NCBI GenBank assembly: GCA_963793425.1
Contig: CAWCAG010000005.1
Location: forward strand, 1,056,001 to 1,120,000
Length of the DNA: 64,000 nucleotides
Direction: 5' to 3'
DNA from: an uncultured cyanobacterium
GTDB lineage: Bacteria; Cyanobacteriota; Cyanobacteriia; Cyanobacteriales; CAWCAG01
Shown: positions 59,115 through 64,000 of the stretch, in pieces
Position numbering within the stretch: position 1 is the stretch's first letter
How the letters are laid out: every line of letters begins with the position of its first letter
Made by a program: the position numbers and the translations under genes
Notes under the pieces: generated by a model
What the model saw: only the letters and a program-made list of their open reading frames with translations
What the model was told of the DNA's origin: nothing
The model's database searches: none

Positions 59115-59720
59115 ATGAGTCAATCTAGCTTGGATAGAACTATCTCTTTATTCGGTTTAATTGTCGCCATCGCCGGACTTGCTGCTGTGGTAGCAACAGA
59201 TGAAGTCAGGTGTATTATGGGCTTAGAATTAGAATGTGAATCCCCTTTATTTTCTTCTCCACCAGCCTCTGTTGCCCCTTCCCAAACCAATACCAATACT
59301 TCTGTACCTGCCCCTACTCCCCAAGCAAAGCCCATTCCGGCGGTTGAACCTTCCCCTACTCCAGAAGCAAAACCTTCTCCTACTTCTATTCCAGAAGAAT
59401 CTCTACCCCTAACTCCTTCTCCTTCCCCTTATACTTTAGCTAAAAGCCAAGCCCAAAGCGCTGCCTCAATTTCTCAAACAGCTAAAACCCCCCAAGAGTG
59501 GCAAACAGCAGCTAATCAATGGCAAGAAGCTATAAATTTGCTGAAGTCTGTACCCAATTCTAGTCCTAATTACGAGGCTGCCCAAAGGGAAATTGGTGTT
59601 TACCAAGCAAGTTGGGAAAATGCCACAGCAAAGGCAAAAGTTAAGGTGAAGGAAGAGGAAATTCCCCTCAAAAAAGAAACAAAAACCCAAGAAACAGAAT
59701 CAGTGATCATTGATAATTGA
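59115..59720 (+). CDS. Hypothetical membrane-anchored Pro-rich protein
   Basis: N-terminal TM, PTP/PSP linker, helical WQ.AA..WQEAI.LL..VP segment. Confidence 0.7.
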   Translation: MSQSSLDRTISLFGLIVAIAGLAAVVATDEVRCIMGLELECESPLFSSPPASVAPSQTNTNTSVPAPTPQAKPIPAVEPSPTPEAKPSPTSIPEESLPLTPSPSPYTLAKSQAQSAASISQTAKTPQEWQTAANQWQEAINLLKSVPNSSPNYEAAQREIGVYQASWENATAKAKVKVKEEEIPLKKETKTQETESVIIDN

Positions 59721-59744
59721 TAATTGTACGGCTTGCCGTTGCCG

Positions 59745-61388
59745 TTAGGCATCATTGATTGTTGATGCAATTTTGATCCCGTATTCCTCTTCAAAAACCA
59801 CTTTTTTATCCTCCACACTCCATAACTCTGAACTACAATCATCTTCAGCATAAGTTGGGGTAATGCTTAAAAGTAGTTCTTTTTTCTTCGAGTTATATTC
59901 ACACTTTACTTGAGAAACAGCACCAATTTTACGCCGATCTAAAGCTGTGGCAAGACGCAACATAGGGCTTATTTGACTTACTATCAAGCGATATTTATCA
60001 TTGAGAAAATCGTTGTAGGGTTGATGCTTCTTTTTCGGCTTGCTTTTACGATAATAACGGGCTAAATTAGCGATCGCCTCCAATTCCATTTCGGTATAAC
60101 CTAAAAGTTCTCCGTTACGAATTAGGTAGTAAGAATGTTTATGATGGGAACTATGGCTAACATATAAGCCACAATTGTGTAACATTGCCGCTGCCCAAAG
60201 TAATTCCCTTTCTTCTTCTGTCCATTCGTGAAGTACATTTTGGGTTTGATCAAAAATACTTAAAGCTAAGTTTGCTACCCTTTCTGCATAGGAAAGATCC
60301 ACTTGATATTTACGGGCAATTTTAATCACACTACGTTCGCGTATTTCACTTTGGTAACGTAGACGATTCTCAATTAATTTGTGGGTTAACATCCAATCAA
60401 CAATCACCCCTTCCCGCAAAGCCCTTTCGCAAATACGAATAGATTTAACTTGCAGCATCTTCATTGCTTCTAAAAGAATCATTGCCCCCGGAACAATAAT
60501 TTCTGCCCGCTTTTCCTGCATTCCTGATACTTCTAGACGTTTTTTATAGTCTTTTTTAGCTAAATCTTCTACTAACTCTTCTAAATCTTTGCGGCTGAAA
60601 GTGTAACCATTAAGAGGATCGGGAGTGTAACCAAGTTTATCTTTAGCATGGATGGTTGCTAAGGCTTCAATGGTTCCGGAAGTTCCCACTAACTTCAGCT
60701 CCTCCCCCGCCAGATCAACATCAAGTAATTCAGTGATGGGGCGTTCTAACCTACCTTGGATATAAGCTTGTAAGTAAAGAAAATCTTGGTCTGTGAGGGG
60801 ATCATTTTTAACTAATTTTTGGCTTAAGCGTACCGCACCAATTTTAACACTAGTGAGAAAATTAGCTGCATGACCATCCCCAAGAATTAATTCTGTGGAA
60901 CCACCGCCAATGTCAATAATAGCATGGGGACGGTTATCAAACTCCATCCCCGATAAAACCCCTAAATAAATACGCCTTGCTTCTTCTTGTCCAGAAATAA
61001 GGTTAATAGCTAAACCCAATTTCTCCTTCACCTCATTAATAAAATCTTGCCCATTAGGGGCTTCTCTAACGGCACTAGTAGCCACGGCAATAACTTTTAT
61101 GGCTTGGAGGCTTTCAGCTAAATCTTGACAGCGTTTCAGGGTTGCTAAGGCTCTTTTAATGCCATCTGGGGTTAAATTACCAGTTTTCGGGTCACGGTTC
61201 CCTAATCTAACTGTATCCTTTTCTTTAGCAATAATTGTAAAAGCTGGCAAGGTCAAATCTACTTTAACCGCTACCATATGGATAGAATTTGTACCAATAT
61301 CAATGGCGGCGATAACACAGTTTTCTTGGGAAATAGACACAGGAATATTAGAATTATTAGCTTTCACTGAGAGAATAGAATTAACCAT
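59745..61388 (-). CDS. ppx: Exopolyphosphatase Ppx/GppA
   Basis: IDIGTNS, ATSAVREA, DIGGGSTE, ALREG and an HD-like C-terminus. Confidence 0.95.
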   Translation of the reverse strand: MVNSILSVKANNSNIPVSISQENCVIAAIDIGTNSIHMVAVKVDLTLPAFTIIAKEKDTVRLGNRDPKTGNLTPDGIKRALATLKRCQDLAESLQAIKVIAVATSAVREAPNGQDFINEVKEKLGLAINLISGQEEARRIYLGVLSGMEFDNRPHAIIDIGGGSTELILGDGHAANFLTSVKIGAVRLSQKLVKNDPLTDQDFLYLQAYIQGRLERPITELLDVDLAGEELKLVGTSGTIEALATIHAKDKLGYTPDPLNGYTFSRKDLEELVEDLAKKDYKKRLEVSGMQEKRAEIIVPGAMILLEAMKMLQVKSIRICERALREGVIVDWMLTHKLIENRLRYQSEIRERSVIKIARKYQVDLSYAERVANLALSIFDQTQNVLHEWTEEERELLWAAAMLHNCGLYVSHSSHHKHSYYLIRNGELLGYTEMELEAIANLARYYRKSKPKKKHQPYNDFLNDKYRLIVSQISPMLRLATALDRRKIGAVSQVKCEYNSKKKELLLSITPTYAEDDCSSELWSVEDKKVVFEEEYGIKIASTINDA

Positions 61389-61462
61389 CAGCTTTTTTTA
61401 ATATATACAAAACGACAAATACGAACCCAGATTTACTGATTGTAATTTACTGTCTAAAAATT

Positions 61463-62332
61463 ATGGAAACTCAATATCAACAAGAATCAATTTGGTTAAC
61501 CATCGTCCGTTTATTGCGCTGGGATAAACCCGCAGGAAGACTAATTTTGATGTTGCCTGCTTTGTGGGCTGTTTTCTTAGCGGCTGGGGGCAAACCTCCT
61601 TTAACTTTAGTAGGAGTGGTTATTTTAGGTAGTTTAGCTACAAGTGCAGCCGGTTGTACTGTTAACGATCTTTGGGATCGTGATATTGATCCTCAAGTAG
61701 AAAGAACAAAAACTCGTCCTCTCGCTTCTAAGGCTTTATCTGTCAAAGTGGGTATTGTGATTGCTTTAGTCGCTTTTGGTTGTGCGGCTATCTTAGCAAC
61801 CTATCTTAATCCTCTCAGTTTTTTGCTCTGTGTGATCGCAACTCCCATAATTATTTGTTATCCCCTGGCGAAACGTTTTTTCCCCATACCTCAATTGGTT
61901 TTATCCCTCGCCTGGGGTTTTGCTGTTTTAATTAGCTGGAGTGCCGTAACTCCTCAATTAACCACAGCAACTTGGTTACTTTGGGGGGCAACTGTTTTTT
62001 GGACATTAGGATTTGATACTGTTTACGCCATGGCAGATAAAGAAGATGATGCTAAATTAGGCATCAATTCTAGCGCCCTCTTTTTTGGTAAATATGCCCC
62101 TGAATCTGTCGGTATTTTCTTCGCTATTACCGCCAGTTTATTAGCGTATCTGGGTATAGTTATGAGCTTACAATTAAGCTTTTGGCTAGCTTTAATCGCC
62201 GCAACTATAGGTTGGACTTGGCAATATTTACAATTAAGCAAAGCAGAAACTCCTAGCCCTTTATACGGCAAAATTTTTCAACAAAATGTTTGGTTAGGCT
62301 TTATTTTATTAGCCGGAATGATTTTTGCTTAA
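61463..62332 (+). CDS. plqA: 4-hydroxybenzoate solanesyltransferase (UbiA family)
   Basis: RWDKPAG, NDLWDRDID..RT..RPLAS and FDTVYAMADKEDD. Confidence 0.88.
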   Translation: METQYQQESIWLTIVRLLRWDKPAGRLILMLPALWAVFLAAGGKPPLTLVGVVILGSLATSAAGCTVNDLWDRDIDPQVERTKTRPLASKALSVKVGIVIALVAFGCAAILATYLNPLSFLLCVIATPIIICYPLAKRFFPIPQLVLSLAWGFAVLISWSAVTPQLTTATWLLWGATVFWTLGFDTVYAMADKEDDAKLGINSSALFFGKYAPESVGIFFAITASLLAYLGIVMSLQLSFWLALIAATIGWTWQYLQLSKAETPSPLYGKIFQQNVWLGFILLAGMIFA

Positions 62333-62357
62333 CTTGTCACCCATTACTTATTACCTA

Positions 62358-62713
62358 ATGATTGCCCAGCTTCAAACTCAACCAATGAGTCCCCAAGAAT
62401 ATCTTAAATGGGAGGAACAACAACCCCTTAAATATGAATATATTAACGGGGAAATTTATGCCATGACAGGAGGGACTATCCCTCATAATGATATTGCTCT
62501 TAATTTAGCTTCCGCTTTGAAAAATCACTTACAAGGTAAAGGTTGTAAAGTACAAATAGCAGATGCTAAAGTTGGTATTTCAACTAGTGGCCCTTTTCAT
62601 TATCCTGATGTTATGGTGAGTTGCGATTCACAGGATAGAAAAGCGAGAAAAATCATTCACCATCCTTAATCTATGAAAATGTAGTTTTTCCTCAAGATGA
62701 TGATCCAGAATAA
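62358..62713 (+). pseudogene. Uma2 family endonuclease with an internal deletion
   Basis: YEYINGEIYAMTGG..H and YPDVMV, then a stop at 62669; the C-terminal LIYENVVF..* lies out of frame at 62666-62713. Confidence 0.8.
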
Positions 62714-62948
62714 AAAAATAGCTGAGGAAAGCAAAAATATGTTATAATTATTCTGTCAGATAAAATTCAATCTCAACCAGAAAAAAATATTTTGTTGGAG
62801 TGGGGCTGGGAGCTTTCTTTAAATAGGCAAAGAAGGTAAACATCTACCCTGAAAAGTTTTTACAAGATGCCTAACAACTCATTACTCATACCAAATCTGG
62901 TATCAATTGCTGTAACACCAAAAAATAAAGTGCGATCGCAACTAATTC

Positions 62949-63436
62949 ATGAAGACGATTATTGGCATTATGGGGCAGGAAAAAATGCCTTACCCATTGA
63001 CTTAGAAAATGCTTATCAACTAGGTAAATTAATAGCTAAACAAGGCTGGGTTTTGCTGACGGGCGGCAGGAAAGCTGGGGTAATGGAAGCGGCTAATCAG
63101 GGTGCAAAAGCTGCCGACGGATTGACTATTGGTATTCTTCCTGGCAATGATTATCAAGGTGTTTCTGAGGCTGTGGATATTGCCATTATTACTGATATGG
63201 GTAACGGGAGAAATAATATCAATGTCCTTTCTAGCCAGGTAGTAGTTGCTTGCGGCATGGGTGCAGGGACTGCTTCAGAAATTGCTTTAGCATTGAAAGC
63301 AAATAAACCCGTTATTTTGTTGCCTAATCAACCAGAAAGTTACCAGTTTTTCCAAAGTTTAAGTCAAGATAATCTTTACCTTGTTGAAGATGTGGAGAGT
63401 GCGATCGCTAAAATTAAAGCAATTACTGATTGGTGA
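62949..63436 (+). pseudogene. TIGR00725/LOG-like (SLOG) protein with a frameshift
   Basis: MKTIIGIMG from ATG 62949 is out of frame with the body (LTGG..GVMEAA..GA, GNGRN, GTASE); the shift is at a G4 run, 62972-62975. Confidence 0.7.
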
Positions 63437-63537
63437 GGAAGATTATCACTATTTCTTTAGCTAAGAAGCTAGTGAAGAGTAAAAACCTGTTTGAAGACCG
63501 CTTTTATGAACGCACCTTTTCCACCATATACATAATA

Positions 63538-63999
63538 TCATGTCAAGGGAAAAATAGGAATTAATTCATCAATTTCTGCCATTATCTTTTTGGTTTCAGT
63601 GAGGGCAATGACAATTTTTTGATAGTGTAGTACATCATCAAAAGATAATGAACGTTTGGCTTTTTGACGATCTTTAAGCCATTTATTCAAAACTTGATAA
63701 CCACCAATCTTAAATTCCCAAATTTCAGGGGGAATGTCTGCAAAGTAACGAGTTTTGTTAATGTAAACCTGTTGCTTTTCAGGGTTATAGGTAACTTTAG
63801 TAACCTCATCATCACCATCGCCGCCTACTTTGGTGATTAATTTGTTGAGCTTTTTCGATTTCATCAAGTGTAATTCTACTAATTCTTGACCTTTTTTACC
63901 TAAGTCTTTGAATAGTTGATCATTGCTCGTTAAAGGGAGGCGGGGAAAGTCAATTTTAAGGAATTCCGCATAACGTTGGCGATAAGTGGGGCTATGGAA
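63538..63999 (-). CDS. C-terminal part of a type ISP (IIG-like) restriction-modification enzyme (partial, begins beyond the window)
   Basis: HSPTYRQRYAEFLKIDFPRLP and WEFKIGGYQVLNKWLKDR motifs. Confidence 0.85.
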   Translation of the reverse strand, partial: FHSPTYRQRYAEFLKIDFPRLPLTSNDQLFKDLGKKGQELVELHLMKSKKLNKLITKVGGDGDDEVTKVTYNPEKQQVYINKTRYFADIPPEIWEFKIGGYQVLNKWLKDRQKAKRSLSFDDVLHYQKIVIALTETKKIMAEIDELIPIFPLT

Positions 64000-64000
64000 G

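Larger units (their letters stand above)
693..63408. repeat. Dispersed HIP1 octamers (GCGATCGC)
   Basis: Many copies, e.g. at 693, 1399 and 63401; a cyanobacterial hallmark. Confidence 0.9.

Noticed and set aside
62867..62948. ORF-track N-terminus of the LOG-like protein
   Set aside because: Artefact of the frameshift; the family-like start is at 62949 in another frame.
1..64000. tRNA or rRNA genes
   Set aside because: No cloverleaf-compatible or rRNA-like sequence recognised by eye; tRNAscan-SE and Infernal would be needed to exclude them formally.

Overview
Cyanobacterial chromosomal window: AT-rich, with many HIP1 GCGATCGC octamers and heptamer tandem repeats. Core genes include the phycocyanin operon cpcB-cpcA-cpcC-cpcC-cpcD followed by pcyA, plus hemH, petC, psb28, dnaK-dnaJ, hisS, ileS, glnN, ppx and a UbiA/PlqA prenyltransferase. 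The most interesting region is a RiPP-like cluster at 43.9-49.6 kb. It encodes a PqqD/RRE protein whose C-terminal tail resembles a lasso-type leader/core peptide, an HPr-kinase-like kinase, two nucleotidyltransferases and two GT2 glycosyltransferases, with no lasso cyclase or peptidase in the window. Other notable modules: a six-gene phosphorelay headed by an ETR1-like ethylene-binding kinase and containing an adenylate cyclase; a Crp/Fnr-DUF2892-petC-DUF442 module that may respond to sulfide or low oxygen; a two-domain multicopper oxidase plus lipoprotein with Fur-like boxes; and a PlsY-dikinase-like fusion. Tiny mobile repeats and recombination scars have remodelled several genes: a 21-nt in-frame insert splitting a HIP1 site in the kinase, an HTH-COR chimera, and damaged ankyrin, parA, Uma2 and xisI genes. 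All calls come from manual motif recognition; no database searches were run.
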